DNA of 64,000 bases from Epithemia pelagica (lineage: Eukaryota > Protista > Bacillariophyta), in NCBI GenBank assembly GCA_946965045.2, contig OX337229.1:496001-560000 (forward strand), written 5' to 3'. Positions 1-12,819 of this stretch are shown one piece after another. How positions within the stretch are numbered: position 1 is the first letter of the stretch; every line of letters begins with the position of its first letter. The notes under the pieces are model-generated. The model was not told the origin of the DNA. It made no database searches and saw only the letters and a list, made by a program, of their open reading frames with translations. A program made the position numbers and the translations under genes.

Positions 1-682
1 CTACCTAGTAGAGGTAGACAGACGATTCGCATTATCCGAAATCCGTCCGGGTCAATTGCAATAGTCGAAGCGTGTTGTCCGAAGTCCGACGTACTGCTCC
101 TAGGAGTAAATTCACTCCTTACGCTTGGAGTAGTACTCCTCTAGCTAGTAGTAGTGGTAGGGGCTAGCTACTCCTCTACTCCTAGTAGCTAGCTAGAGCT
201 ACTAGAGAGAGAGCTACCAAGTAGAGAGAAACAAACGACTTCTCTCATCTTCTCTCATCTTCTCTCATCTCTCAATCACCAATCACGTGTCTGGCTTTGG
301 GTAACTAGGAGTACGAGTGGAGAGGAGTGCGGCATCCTTTTTTAAGAGAGCACGTGCAGTTCTAAGAACATCAGGCAGCAAAACTGACCGCATTTAGCCG
401 GAGTTTCATTATGCATTCGTATTCGAATTATTGCCCTTATCAGAATTCTCATTTATGGAAGGCATCTGGCGATGTTTACAATTTGCAACACGCGTGTCTT
501 TACTAGCCGTGACTGCGATAGGGCACGTGTGACCTAAGAAAGGCGAATCTGTTGCACTTCAACTGTTCAAGTAGGCGAGTGCAACAATGTCCAGAAGGCG
601 TTCGGTCGTCGCGAGGCACATTATTGCGTTTTGAATGTGCGTTGTTACGCAGCGCAATATCAAAAATCCGATCTCAAGGCTT

Positions 683-828
683 GGCCCTGGGCCTAGTACC
701 CCCAAGCAGGGGTGAGTGAGTCCCGCGTGATCGAATTCTCTGCGCTTGTATTCCCTTACAATACAAATCGTGTATTCTATAGCTAGTCCTCATTACTCAC
801 CCCCGCTGGGGGGTATGGGCCCAGGACC
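683..828. repeat. Imperfect ~36-bp inverted repeat pair (possible decayed MITE or hairpin)
   Basis: 683-718 ggccctgggcctagtacccccaagcaggggtgagtg aligns with the reverse complement of 793-828 (ggtcctgggcccataccccccagcgggggtgagtaa). No TSD found. Confidence 0.55.
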
Positions 829-992
829 GACAAAAGCATACGACGACGCAGTCCACTGGAAATAACGAATAACAGGAAAGCGATATCACCAGTCGAGGAG
901 AATTGCCAGCGATCCGGTGTCCTACCTTAGTCCTGAAATGAACGATTGGCTGGATTAGTTGGCATAATTCCAAACAAGTGGTGGTTTGAATC

Positions 993-2910
993 ATGTCGGG
1001 TACAACGCCGCTGCTCCTCCTTCTCAATGAGTTGTTGTCGCATGATGACCATGATCGTGAGCAGCAAGAAGCAGGCATCAGATCGGCTTTGCAAGCTCTG
1101 GACGCCATGGTTAACGGGGAACTGCCTCCTTACTCGCTGCCAATGACGTCTCGTGAACTCGTGAGGATTTTGGCTAAAGTGCTGGAGGTGCACCCTCAAC
1201 TAGCTCGAAAAGCAAGCGCTCATGAGGGTTCTTTGCCCTTACATTTCGCGGCCTCTCTCGGCGACGTCAATGTTGCCTCATTGTTATTGGATTATGTAAG
1301 TTTCGCCTGCTATCGAACGGAATGCATGGTCTTTTGGCTCTAATCTGTTCCTTTGTTCGGTTCTTCAGTACCCTGAAGCTGCCGCTCGACCAAATGATAA
1401 AGGCAAAATCCCGTTGCATTACGCCGCAAGGGAAGGTCGGCTTCATATGGTTAGATTGTTCATGAAGGTTGCACCATACACTGCCGCAATCAAGTCAAAG
1501 AAAGACAAGCTGGCCTTGCACTTTGCAGCTGGAGAAGGGCATGTAGAAATTGTTCAGTCACTTTTGTCAGCCTATCCAAAAGGGGCATCCATACCTTCCG
1601 CAAAAGGAAAGGTACCTCTACATTTTGCCGCTCGATGGGGACACATGCACATTGCGCTCGATTTACTTCACTTTTATCCAAACGGAATCAAGACACTTGA
1701 TTGGGAAGGGTCTCTCCCTCTTCACGATGCAGCACGTGAGGGTCAATTTCCCATGTCTGAATTCTTGGTGCAGCGCTTCCCTGAAGCTCTTGCTGCAGCC
1801 AATCTGAGAGGCGATATCCCCCTCTTCCCAGCGGTTCGTTCGGAAAACATTGAGCTAGTGGCGTTCCTTGTACAAGTCTGGCCGGAAGGAGGTCGTCACG
1901 TTCTCCAGAGTATCCGCTCAGAGGATTGTGTTTCTGAATGGGATCAGGACGCTTTCACATTGGTTCTTCGAGGTGCAGTAGACAACTTTGATGGATGTGA
2001 GTTGCTTCAAGGGAGGAATGCACCAAATATCCGCCTGAAGAGTGAGTTGAATGCTGTGAATGTAATTCAACCTCCCGACGAGGACACGGAACACGACGAA
2101 ATGATGGTTACGGATGGAACTGGTGGTATGGATGTCAAAGAACAGACTATTTCAGTTGCTTGTAGTGAGATGAAAGGAACCCAACCGTTGCTGCAGGAAG
2201 ATCAGTCCGAAGCTGTTGCTGTTTGCTCAACAATATCCAGAAAAAGACAAGGAAAGGACAAATCTCGCTCTAAATCGCCTGTCCTCCAGACTGATGAACA
2301 GGAGAGCCATGAGGAGGACCAAAAACGTAAACGTAGATGCACTGTCAGACCTGGATCTACATGCAGTTCCCACAAACCTCGGACGTTCTTGCCTCTTCAT
2401 GCAGCACTTGAAAGCAATGCATCACAACCTGTGGTCGAGCACGTTCTCGAATACACACAGAGGACAGGGACGACATGCTCACTGGACGTGAAAGATCACG
2501 AGGGTCGATACGCTCTTCATTGTGCAATGAACTGGGCAAAGAATGACGTTGATCGCTGTGCCTTTGTCATTCAAAACATGGTTCAAACGCGTCCCCAAGT
2601 CGCCTCCTTTCGTGACGCATCGGGCATCTTTCCCTTATGGCAAGGCATTCGTGCCAATGTGCACGCGGATCTCATCTCAGCCTTGATTGCAGCTCATCCT
2701 CCAGCAGCCGTTTCCGACGTACGAAGAGAATTGAGGCCTGTGGAAATGGCATGTCACTGTTCCTGTGATTTGAGCACAGTCTATCAATTGCTTCGAGAGG
2801 ATCCTAGTCATGTGGAGACCATGGTTAACCGCAGAAACGACCAATGGACCCCCGCTTTCTTATTTCCCCCTGTGGAGTCGGCAAGATTCAGACCGACTGG
2901 CTATGAGTAG
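993..2910 (+). CDS. Ankyrin-repeat protein, 2 exons (993-1295, 1369-2910)
   Basis: Repeated LPLHFAA / IPLHYAAREG / VPLHFAARWG / LPLHDAAREG motifs. A GTAAGT...TTCAG intron at 1296-1368 joins the two ORFs in frame. Confidence 0.9.
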
Positions 2911-3330
2911 GAGGACAGCAATCTTTTTACGTGAACAAAAGCAAAACTAAAGAGTTGAGCCATACTGTTGAGGCATCCATATGTCTATTAAATTATATAG
3001 TGGAAAATTGCTATCAGTTTGTTTGTTGTCGTCTTTCCGGTATATCCATTACTCCTACGTCTTACTCTCTAGAGAGGGAGGGAGAGAGTTGGATAGACTA
3101 TGTACACCACGATGTCGTAGCTCCTCCTCTAGCTACCTATTGGAATACTCAGTTGAAGATTTTGGAGACCCACACTTTCGCCATCTTTCGTGTCAACCCA
3201 CACACAGACACAAAGAACGTGGGGGTAACAATGGCATCGTGAGCTGGTTTGTTTACAACAGCGTCAAGACTTTCGATACAGTGTGGTTTAAGGACGCTTG
3301 ATCAAACAAGGTGTACTGACGATTGAAATC

Positions 3331-4175
3331 ATGGCAGCTCTTCTTGTACTAGTGTTGGTCATGTTGCCAATCACCACAACCACAGCCTGGATCCCATCCG
3401 TGGCCCATCCGCCGATGACAACGCCTGTACGGAGGTCTATCCTCACCCCACCGCCGTTATTACGAGAGCCCAACAGACACCACGCACTGTATGCATTTGG
3501 AGGATTTGGTGGGGATGATAAGAACAAGAAAAAGAAGGAAGTGAAACTGAAACCCAAACAACAATGGGATCGCTTTTTGGATATGAAAAAGGAGAAAAAG
3601 ATTCGTGTGGCGGTTCAAGTATCGGAAGCAGATGACGAATGGCTGGAAATTGGAAATGTTCGAAGCAAGGAAGATAAACATACGGAATACGCTGTAGCAC
3701 GACAACGCGCATTGATTGCCGAAGTACGTTGATTGGATGAGCACAAAAGATACACAGCAGTATATGATATCATACAAATGGACACAAGACACATGCCTGA
3801 CTTGAATATTTTCTTCTTTTCTTTCTGTTCTCGCCTGGCAGCATGCACGGAGACTATTTCCACTCCAGATTTCTGCTCGCGATACGGTGAATTGGGCCTA
3901 TTGGGAGGAAGAATCGGAACAGTGGGTTGTTCTTGACAAAGAGGCCTTGGACAATGCCAAGACGGTTAGTTTGGAAAAGGTGATTGGATTTGAAGGTCGA
4001 CCGGATCCCAGTTCTGGTACGTTGGCTGGGAACTACAGTTCATGTGTCTTCTCTACATACGTCTAACACGTGGCGTGTTCTCTTGGACCAAACAGGCTTT
4101 TACTGTGTGTACAACGAGGGGCGTCTTGTCAACGATGGTGATGACGCTAGACCCTCGTCGAAGCGGCTCAAATGA
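3331..4175 (+). CDS. Plastid-targeted hypothetical protein, possibly HHL1-like, 3 exons (3331-3723, 3842-4016, 4096-4175)
   Basis: Signal peptide ends in TTA-WIP, a diatom bipartite motif. GT-AG introns at 3724-3841 and 4017-4095 give a continuous frame ...QRALIAE|HARRLFPL...PDPSSG|FYCVYNEG. The family name is tentative. Confidence 0.7.
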
Positions 4176-4611
4176 GGCGTTGGTGGTTGACTTGAAACCC
4201 AAATGTCTCGCTCCCACCACAGTGTGTAGAGTATTCTGGCTCAGTGACGATTGGATCTTTGTTTTGTTTAGCTGGTGATGATGATAATTAGGAGAGACGA
4301 GATGGAAAATGGCAACCCAGGAACCAATAAATACCCCCTAATGTAAAGGCCCCTGCTATGTTTTTGTTATATCCGTGTCAAACTCGTCTGCGGAAGGAAA
4401 GAGATGATGCCAAAGGGTCTTGGGCACGCTAAGCTAGAGTCCGCATCGACTGCACCGGTATAAGATTGGGGTAGCTTTCGGCCCCAGGTAGCAGCTCCGA
4501 AGCTTCCGGGTTCTGTTTGATGGACTCATCACTGACACTTTTTTCTCCCTCCACAAAATTCTGTTCGGGTATCTTTCGTCGACCCATCATCATCATCATC
4601 AGATCATTACC

Positions 4612-6806
4612 ATGTGGACCGTTGCAAGATCTCTCTTGTCCCAACGACAAGCAAGGCTTGCATGCCAACAGCATCCGTATGCTTCCTTTTCGTTTGCTCG
4701 AACATTGTTGAGACCAGCGGCTGCTGTGCGAGGTGGAGGTCAAGCAGTTGCATCCTGGTCCACGACCACTACAACGACGACCGATGGTCCAACAAGACGA
4801 GTTTGTCCACCAGACTACTCGACATGTCATCGCTTTCAAAGCACGACTACTACTGCGGCTGATTCGGATAGTGCGAACGAACAAGAACCACGAGAAGCCA
4901 TGCCCTTTGATGTTCTCATTGTGGGTGGAGGACCAGCGGGTTTGGCGGCTGCCATTCGAATCAAACAATTGTGTCAAGAAACCGGCAAGGACTTGTCTGT
5001 CTGTCTCATTGACAAGGGAAGGTACGCTTCATGGAATGCCAGAAGGATGGAGGAAACCTTGTTTGTATATCTGACTCTCCATGGTTTTGGTTTGTTTGTT
5101 CTTTTATGTGTTTGCCTTTTGCGCTTGTGTCGTTCGGTTGGTTGGATGAATCTCCAATCATCCATCGTCGTCGCAGTGAGATTGGCTCTCACATTTTATC
5201 CGGCAATGTATTTGATCCCAAAGCCTTGGAGGAACTCTTTTCCTCCGATTCTACCATGAATTGGACCAAGGACATGTTGGAGACGGTAGGATCGCACGCC
5301 ACACCGGTATCCAAGGACCAATTTCAAATCTTGACCGAATCGGGAGGGAGTTATACGATTCCCAATCTACTACTGCCACCTCAACTCAACAATCATGGAA
5401 ATTATGTCATTAGTTTGTCCCAATTGTGTCGATGGTTGGCGACCAAGGCGGAAGAATTGGGGGTCGAAATTTATCCTGGCTTTGCCGCCAGCGAGGTCTT
5501 GATTGACCCCGAAACGGGCTCGTGTTATGGCATTGCCACTCGAGATGTGGGCGTTGGCAAGGATGGACAACCCAAATCCACCTTTGAACGAGGCGTCGAA
5601 TTGCAAGCACGGCAAACCTTGTTTGCCGAAGGAGCACGAGGATCCTGCAGTGAATTTCTCATGCAACACTACCAGTTGCGACAAAATGCCGCTCCTCAAA
5701 CCTATGGCCTGGGACTCAAGGAAGTGTGGCAAATTCCACCCGAAAAGTTACAACCCGGTCTCGTTCAACATACCTTGGGCTTTCCCTTGCAACAAGGTCC
5801 TTTCGACAAGGTATTTGGAGGATCCTTTCTCTATCATCAGGAACCCGATCTGGTCTTGGTCGGTCTCGTGATTGGCTTGGACTATGCCAATCCCCACATT
5901 AATCCGTACCAAGAATTTCAACGCTTCAAAACCCATGCGGCCATTCGTCCACATTTGGAGGGGGGTACCTGTCTCTCGTATGGTGCGCGGGTTTTGAACG
6001 AGGGCGGATATCACAGTCTTCCCAAACTGGTGTTCCCCGGTGGAGCCTTGATTGGATGCAGTGCCGGCTTTTTGAATGCCGTCAAAATCAAGGGCTCGCA
6101 TACCGCCATGAAATCCGGCATGTTGGCCGCTCAAGCCGTCCATGACGCCTTGACGACAACTTCAACGTCGTCGGTAGCGGAAACGGGAGAACTGCCGCCC
6201 CTCGCGACTCTGACCGAACTCTCTGCGTATCCCGAAGCGATTCGCAATTCCTGGATTCATGAAGAATTGTATCAAGTCCGGAATTGTCATCAAGCCTTTA
6301 GTCGATGGGGTGTCGGAGGCGGATTGCTGTACAGTGGCATAGCAAGCTTTGTCACCAAGGGTCGAGAACCGTGGACGCTGTCGTCCCATGCTCCATCCGA
6401 TGCCGCCACGACCGAACCCACCTCGTCGCATGCCATTCCCACCTATCCTCCAGCCGACAATGTGGTGACGTTTGATCTCTTGACCAATTTGCAACGCAGT
6501 GGAACCTACCATACCGAAGATCAACCCAGCCATTTGCGCATCAAGGAAGTGGCGCAAAATATGGTGACCCAATCCATTTCCTTGGAGACCTTTGGCGGTC
6601 CCGAACAACGGTTTTGTCCCGCTGCCGTCTACGAATACGTCGACGATCCGTCCACCTCAAAAGAGGGTCAACCACCTCAAAAGAGTTTGGTGATTAATGC
6701 GCAAAATTGTCTGCATTGCAAATGTTGTTCCATTAAAATGCCGGGTGAGTACATTGATTGGACCGTACCCGAAGGAGGAGGAGGACCACAATATCAAGTC
6801 ATGTAG
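4612..6806 (+). CDS. ETFDH: Electron transfer flavoprotein-ubiquinone oxidoreductase (mitochondrial), intron 5022-5176
   Basis: FDVLIVGGGPAGLAAAIR FAD-binding motif, IKGSHTAMKSGMLAA, C-terminal 4Fe-4S motif FCPAAVYE...NCLHCKCCSIK and DWTVPEGGGGPQY. Confidence 0.97.
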
Positions 6807-7451
6807 AGATGAAAAGATGGATATGGATTCGAAACAAAATGCTTTCCTGGGTGGGAATAGGAACTACTAGCTAGAGAGATGGATATCGTTCGTCTCTCAC
6901 GACCTACTCTAGCTAGAGCTAGCTACCCACCAAATCGTAGATGAGGTAGGGGCCACGAAGAAACTGGGGGTGCGACCAAACTCAGAGAACCCGACTTCCA
7001 CGTGTCGTGTGTTCAACCGCGTACTGTTTTGTTCCCAGTCCCTGAATGGAGCGAACGATGACGCAGTTCCTGTCATCGAGGGAGTGGGATTGAAAACAAG
7101 CGAAGAAAGCGAGACCCACCCAGACGCAAGCTGAAATTCTGCGCAGATCACTGATGATGCGGTCCCTTCATTTTCTGCATGTGCAACTCTGCGTACCTAT
7201 CATAGATGGCGAGAATTTCTCTCTCCCTCGCACAGATTGTGATTGTGCCCCCCTCCTTCGTTCCATCTGTTGTGTGTTGAGAGAAGAAGAAAAAGCATCT
7301 TGACCCAACAGAACAACAAACTGAACGAGAGCTTGTATCATTCTGTGGACCGCACTGACATAACAACAAGAAGAAAAAGTTAAAAGGTTGAGTTCGATCC
7401 GTCTCTGGACTATCCACATTATTTTCTTTCATCGACTGACGCAATCTCGAA

Positions 7452-10400
7452 ATGCGAACGCAACATTCGTCTCGGGAAATCATGTTTCATAAACGCCCCC
7501 GAACAGACTTGCCCTCCTCCTCCTCTTTGGGTAGCACCACAACACACGAAATGGCAACGCCATGTGTCAACAAGCAACATCAAGAATGGGGAAAGTCATG
7601 GCGAAGATTACCACCAATCCGTTGGACCCTGCTTTCTGTCACTTGTTCCCTGTGGACCGTTCTACTTCCACTGCTGCTGTTGCAGGACAGAGGCACGGAT
7701 GCTTTGGTGTTGCAAACTTCATTTCACTCCCAACGCAACGCAAGATTTACTGGGAGTACGACAAGACATGCCGAACCACTGGCGTCTGTAGGTTTGAGAC
7801 AAAGCAATCCTGCTCTTGGTGGCAGCAGTAACCGTCCATGCTCCAGATCCAGTAGTAGTACCACAACTGTCATGACGCTTGTCGATACGTGCATGTTCGT
7901 GCCACATGCTTCCGCCCCTACGATTTCCCTGTCTTCTTCAAGTCCAACAACCTCTACAATCACAACCACCCGTTCTCAACCCTCGGTTCGTGTGAGCGAT
8001 GCGGCTGCTGCTTCGATTCGAATCCCCACCCGTCGAGGCAGTCTGGGATTTCGTGTCGAGGATGATACCGACTCGACCAGCCAAAAGGGCAATCTTCGTT
8101 CTGCGTCTTCGTCGGCTGCTTCTCGTTTCTCTGGTCCCCGATTTCGTACCGAACGACCGGCTCGCCTCTCGTGGAGGTCCCAACCATCCTCTTCGTCCTT
8201 CTCCAGTGGCAACCGCCCCCGAAACAATCGAGTCTTGTTGGAATCCCTCGTCTCGTCGCCTTCTTCTTCTGTGTCCACAGACTCGAATCGCCCATCGGTT
8301 CGATCTCATCGCAGCAGCCATACGCCTCCTCCAACGTCCCCCAATCACCCTTCCTTGTGGATCCCCGATTCTAGTACCATTGGACAATGGTCCATGGTGC
8401 AATTGCGCATGGCCCTGGCGGATCGAGGTTTGGCAACCTGGGGAAACAAGGCGTGTTTGCAACAACGACTCTTGGATTGGACGGCCGAACAAAAACGACT
8501 CGATCGAAAACAACAACACCAACCACCATCGGCGGCGGACCATTGGTCCCTAAATAGTGGTGCGGGTCTTTATCAAACCTATGGCGTACGACCATCGCCT
8601 CCATCTACCAATCGTCGTCGCAGTCGTCATGGTCGTCCGGACCGAGAGGAATGGGCCACGGAAACCAACCAACAAACGAATGGGGTTCCCAGCGCCAATT
8701 CCTTGGCCGAATGGACTCGAACCGTAGATTTGAAACCCTTATTGCAACGTCGCGAAGCGATTTACAAGGAACGAGAACGGGGCAAAGGTGCCACGAGCAA
8801 TCCGAAATACAACAACAAGAACAACCACCAAATGGGAAATGGCGACGAAGAGGAATCCTCGCTCATGAGCAAGGACGAATACATTTCCGTCTTGAAAAAA
8901 GTCTTTGATCAATCCTCACCCAGTCGCTATTCCAATTACGAAGTCCAACAAATGTATGCCGCCTCCAAGGAAGCCGATCAATTGGGCGATCGGGCCTTGT
9001 CCAAACGCATTCTCAATGAACTCAAAGAAGTCACGCCGCACGATGCCCGGGTGGTTCGACGCTTGTCGCGCATGGAAAAAGAAGAGGGCAATCTCATGGG
9101 AGCCCGCGCCCTCTTGTGGGAAGGATTGGAAACCAATCCCCATAATGCCTATCTATGGCAAGGATTGGCCCAAGTCGCATCGACCGATGCGCAAGCCGTG
9201 GAATTTTACGAAAAGGCCATTCGCTGCGATCCCACCTTGCCCATGTCCTATCATGCCCTCGGAACCCTACAACACACCAAGGGGCGGATTGCCAGTGCCA
9301 TGAAGACACTCAAGGAAGGACTGGAGTATTGTCCTTCCAATCATCGATTGCATCATGCCTTGGGAGACATTTACCGCGATGCCAAACTCTTGAGCATGGC
9401 AGAAAAGTGCTATCGCAAAGCCCTCAAGCATGGACCGGAGGTGAGTCATGGATTCGCCTACACAGCCTTGGCCTACACAGCCTACGAAGATGACAAGGTG
9501 GACCAGTGTCGCATGTGGCTGGAAATGTCGGTCGCACTCAATGATGGACGAAATGCCAATGGGTGGGTCTCCTGGGCCCAAATGGAAGAGGCCGAGGGGA
9601 ATATTGAAGCGGCGCGCAATATTTGCATTCGCGGAATTGCCCAATACGAACAAACCTTGTTGAAACAAGCGTCGTCGCGATTCCGCAAAGCGAGTTCGTC
9701 CTCCTCCTCGTCCTGGAAGGCGCGTCGACGAGAATTTAGTGGCACATCCAACGCGAATGCCAGCGCGATTCGCAATCGTCTCATGGCCCGTGTTCCCGTC
9801 TATCGTTCGGGCGATCGCTTTTTCAATTTGTATCGCAATTGGGCCCGTCTCGAAGAACGGTACGGGACCCCGGATTCCGTCGCCGAAGTCTATCGTCGTG
9901 CTGTCGTGGCCTTTCCGCACGAATGGAAATTGGCCTTGGATTGGGCGCAGTATCATGCGCGTCTCAACTTGTCGGAACGGGCCCGGGAATTGTTTGCCAT
10001 GGCCTGTACGCAAAGTGCCGGTCAACACGGCGATGCCTACCGATGCTGGGCCGAATACGAAATGGCCCATGGCCACTACGACAAGGCGCAAGAAATTTTG
10101 TTGCAAGGCGCCGTGGCCTTTTCGCAACGGACCGCCAGTGATGAGACGAACCGGCATGGTATGATTGAACTCTACTATGTGTGGGCCATTTGCGAATGGC
10201 AGTTGGGTCATTTCGCCCGCGCCGAAACCTTGTTGGACCATGCCTTACGGTCGCTCGGTCCCGATCCGGTCCCACTCAAGTGTCGGATGTTGTTTGCCAA
10301 GGCGCAACTCCATTACGATCGAGGAGAACCACTGTTGGCCCAACATTGCATTGGCTTGTGTTTCCAAGAAAATGTCTGGTCGTCACCCGACCTGAAACGA

Positions 10401-10751
10401 CAGGTGTGGACCTTGTGGTCCCATGTGGCCACCGACGTGGGCAATGGCCGATTGAGTGCACAGTGTCGTGCCTTGGCCCAAGCGACTGCCACCACCTCGG
10501 AAGCACCACTGACAGTGCCAGAATCCGATTCGTCCCCCAAAAGCACCACTACTAGCAGCACCAGCAGCAGTCGTTTGGAAGGTCGACCCCATGTCCAACA
10601 GTTGATGCGACGCGATCCGTGGCACATGACCCTGTTTGGAAGTTCCACCCGACAACGAGGCAATTCGTACGAATCGGTCGTCTTGCCCACCGTTTTGGAG
10701 GAAGAAGAACCAGACGCAGCCACGGCCGCTGAAACGGAGGTGCAATGCTAA
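7452..10751 (+). CDS. SAP-domain + HAT/TPR-repeat protein, Mbb1/HCF107-like RNA-binding factor (probably organelle-targeted)
   Basis: Hydrophobic N-terminal signal and Ser/Arg-rich transit-like region; SAP motif WSMVQLRMALADRGLATWGNKACLQQRLL; many HAT/TPR units (WVSWAQMEEAEGNIEAARNI, WARLEERYG, WAEYEMAHGHYDKAQEIL). The start codon is uncertain. Confidence 0.75.
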   Translation: MRTQHSSREIMFHKRPRTDLPSSSSLGSTTTHEMATPCVNKQHQEWGKSWRRLPPIRWTLLSVTCSLWTVLLPLLLLQDRGTDALVLQTSFHSQRNARFTGSTTRHAEPLASVGLRQSNPALGGSSNRPCSRSSSSTTTVMTLVDTCMFVPHASAPTISLSSSSPTTSTITTTRSQPSVRVSDAAAASIRIPTRRGSLGFRVEDDTDSTSQKGNLRSASSSAASRFSGPRFRTERPARLSWRSQPSSSSFSSGNRPRNNRVLLESLVSSPSSSVSTDSNRPSVRSHRSSHTPPPTSPNHPSLWIPDSSTIGQWSMVQLRMALADRGLATWGNKACLQQRLLDWTAEQKRLDRKQQHQPPSAADHWSLNSGAGLYQTYGVRPSPPSTNRRRSRHGRPDREEWATETNQQTNGVPSANSLAEWTRTVDLKPLLQRREAIYKERERGKGATSNPKYNNKNNHQMGNGDEEESSLMSKDEYISVLKKVFDQSSPSRYSNYEVQQMYAASKEADQLGDRALSKRILNELKEVTPHDARVVRRLSRMEKEEGNLMGARALLWEGLETNPHNAYLWQGLAQVASTDAQAVEFYEKAIRCDPTLPMSYHALGTLQHTKGRIASAMKTLKEGLEYCPSNHRLHHALGDIYRDAKLLSMAEKCYRKALKHGPEVSHGFAYTALAYTAYEDDKVDQCRMWLEMSVALNDGRNANGWVSWAQMEEAEGNIEAARNICIRGIAQYEQTLLKQASSRFRKASSSSSSSWKARRREFSGTSNANASAIRNRLMARVPVYRSGDRFFNLYRNWARLEERYGTPDSVAEVYRRAVVAFPHEWKLALDWAQYHARLNLSERARELFAMACTQSAGQHGDAYRCWAEYEMAHGHYDKAQEILLQGAVAFSQRTASDETNRHGMIELYYVWAICEWQLGHFARAETLLDHALRSLGPDPVPLKCRMLFAKAQLHYDRGEPLLAQHCIGLCFQENVWSSPDLKRQVWTLWSHVATDVGNGRLSAQCRALAQATATTSEAPLTVPESDSSPKSTTTSSTSSSRLEGRPHVQQLMRRDPWHMTLFGSSTRQRGNSYESVVLPTVLEEEEPDAATAAETEVQC

Positions 10752-11034
10752 CCAGAACCCATCCCACACTTTCGCACACACTTTTTCGCTATAGTAGTAT
10801 CCCATGAACATACACACACACTACAAGAGAATCCGCACTAGTAGAATGAAAATTTTAGACTTGCCATGGGTGAATGTTATATATCTACGTGAACTGTTCA
10901 CTATCCTGTGTGATAGTAAAACGAAAAGATGTGGTAGCTAGCTAGGTAGCAGGCGCCGAGAATGTTAATCACAAGACAAGGAAAGTGACTGGGTGTATCA
11001 CAGGCAGACAGAAATAGACACACACAAGAGTCCA

Positions 11035-12105
11035 CTATTCCGGGTGAGACGTTCCATTGGAAAAGCCATTGCTCGATTCTCCATTCGTTGCCTTGAGTCG
11101 TTTGGCGTCGGGTGCTTCCTCTGGTTGTGGATCCACGGCTGCCGCCAACGGTGGAGAGGAGAGTGTGGGTGGTGGTGCGTTGTGATTCTCGTGAATGTGA
11201 TTTCCGTTGACGTGGTGGTTTCCATTGTTGGGATGATGAGTGCCATTCTCGTGGGTTCCATTGTTGTTGGGATGAGTGCCATTGCTGTTGCTGTTGGCTG
11301 TTGTTGTGGCCGCAAAGTTGCGGGGATCTTGGTCGGGATGTTTCTTGTAGTATTCCACGAGTTCATGTTTGGTCAAGAAGCGTCCTCCCGGTCCCCGTGG
11401 TCGTTTCATGGCATGTTTGTGTCGCGATTCATGTTGATAGGGTTTGGCTTCATCGGCCGCCGCTCGTTTTTGTTCGTAAATTTCTTCCATTTTGGCGCGT
11501 GCCTCGCGACGTTTGAGAATGCGGCGATACTGTTTGGCATTGACAAAGGTGGCCGCCCGTGTCGCCGCGGCCAAATTGGTGAGGGCTTCGGGAGCCGCTG
11601 CGGCTGCTTGTGGTGGTTGTGGGGGGACGGGTGCGGCCACGGGTTGGGGAGATGCCGCTTGTTGTTGTTGTTGTTGCTGCTGCTGTTGCTGCAATTGTTG
11701 TTGGGCATGCATGGCAAAGGCCGCGACGTAGGGATTCATCCAGGCGGCGGCGGCCATGTTGGGATCGACGCCCATGGCGGCCGCCAAGGCGGCAGGAGCC
11801 GCAGCGGCGGCTGCCACGGCTTGGACGGGGTTCACCACGGCCAATCCAGCCGCCGCTTCATTGGCCGCCGGTGGTGCCGGCTGCTGTGCCTGTGCCTGTG
11901 CCGGTTGTGCATCGGCAAGTCCTCCGGCTCCGTCGCCATGAGCCGCCTGCAAATGAAATTGGATCGCGGCCGCGGCAAATTCCGGAGACGTTGGATCAAA
12001 GGGAGCGGCAGCTGCTGCCGTCTCTAGGATATTATTGTTAGTATTAGTAGTTGTTGTGCCAAGAGTGGTAGGATGGGAAATGGTCGGATTGGTTGGATCG
12101 GCCAT
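11035..12105 (-). CDS. NFYA: CCAAT-binding factor subunit NF-YA/HAP2
   Basis: [19 protein letters not shown]...[25 protein letters not shown] is the conserved NF-YA core; Q/A-rich N-terminus. Confidence 0.95.
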   Translation of the reverse strand: MADPTNPTISHPTTLGTTTTNTNNNILETAAAAAPFDPTSPEFAAAAIQFHLQAAHGDGAGGLADAQPAQAQAQQPAPPAANEAAAGLAVVNPVQAVAAAAAAPAALAAAMGVDPNMAAAAWMNPYVAAFAMHAQQQLQQQQQQQQQQQAASPQPVAAPVPPQPPQAAAAAPEALTNLAAATRAATFVNAKQYRRILKRREARAKMEEIYEQKRAAADEAKPYQHESRHKHAMKRPRGPGGRFLTKHELVEYYKKHPDQDPRNFAATTTANSNSNGTHPNNNGTHENGTHHPNNGNHHVNGNHIHENHNAPPPTLSSPPLAAAVDPQPEEAPDAKRLKATNGESSNGFSNGTSHPE

Positions 12106-12819
12106 TTCTATTTTCCACTAGACTACCACTGCAGGTATAGTCTTTGCAGTCTTTGATTGGATCTTTTACCTCCTCCCTCTCGCGTTCTCTTCTTCTTCTC
12201 TTTCGTGGATCGAATCCTAGAGTATTGGCTTATTATTACGCCGACTCGTTGGGACAGAGAGCGAACAAAGACCTTCAGTGCCTTCCACCTTCTTCCTCCT
12301 TCATGGCTTTTGATTGGACTCTCACCAAGAAGACTTGGCCAAGCCACCAATCAGAACCACAAACATACCCACCTCCATGGAGTGGCCGACGTCATGGACC
12401 CACACTCAACTACAACTCAAAGGTAAAAATTTGCTTTTGTATAGAAGTATATGTACGATATCTTTCTGGAAAGGCTCGAGAGTTTTGACACGGAGCAAGT
12501 TCAACGACGCTCCTTGGGAAGCAGGTAGCTTTTTCGTTGGAAAGGGTAGCTTGTAGGTGGTCCCCCCAAACTCCAAAAAGATGTACGCGGATCATGGTTT
12601 TGGGGGCTCACCTCGCTCTGCCAACGGCCCATTCAAACGAGGTGCGCGCGTGCACGTTCTCGTTCACGGAACTGGGAAAGGATCATTTTTTCGGTGCGGC
12701 TCGTCGTGTCCATAATAATAGGTGTGGACCCAATCCATCGAAACAAACACACAAGGAGAGAATTGTAGCTTTATTGAGTCTTTGTGGTGGTTTGATCCTT
12801 CCACAGAACAAGACCAAGG

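Noticed and set aside
240-271. ttctctcatc x3 and CTAG-rich tracts as functional repeats
   Set aside because: Ordinary low-complexity intergenic slippage with no supporting structure.
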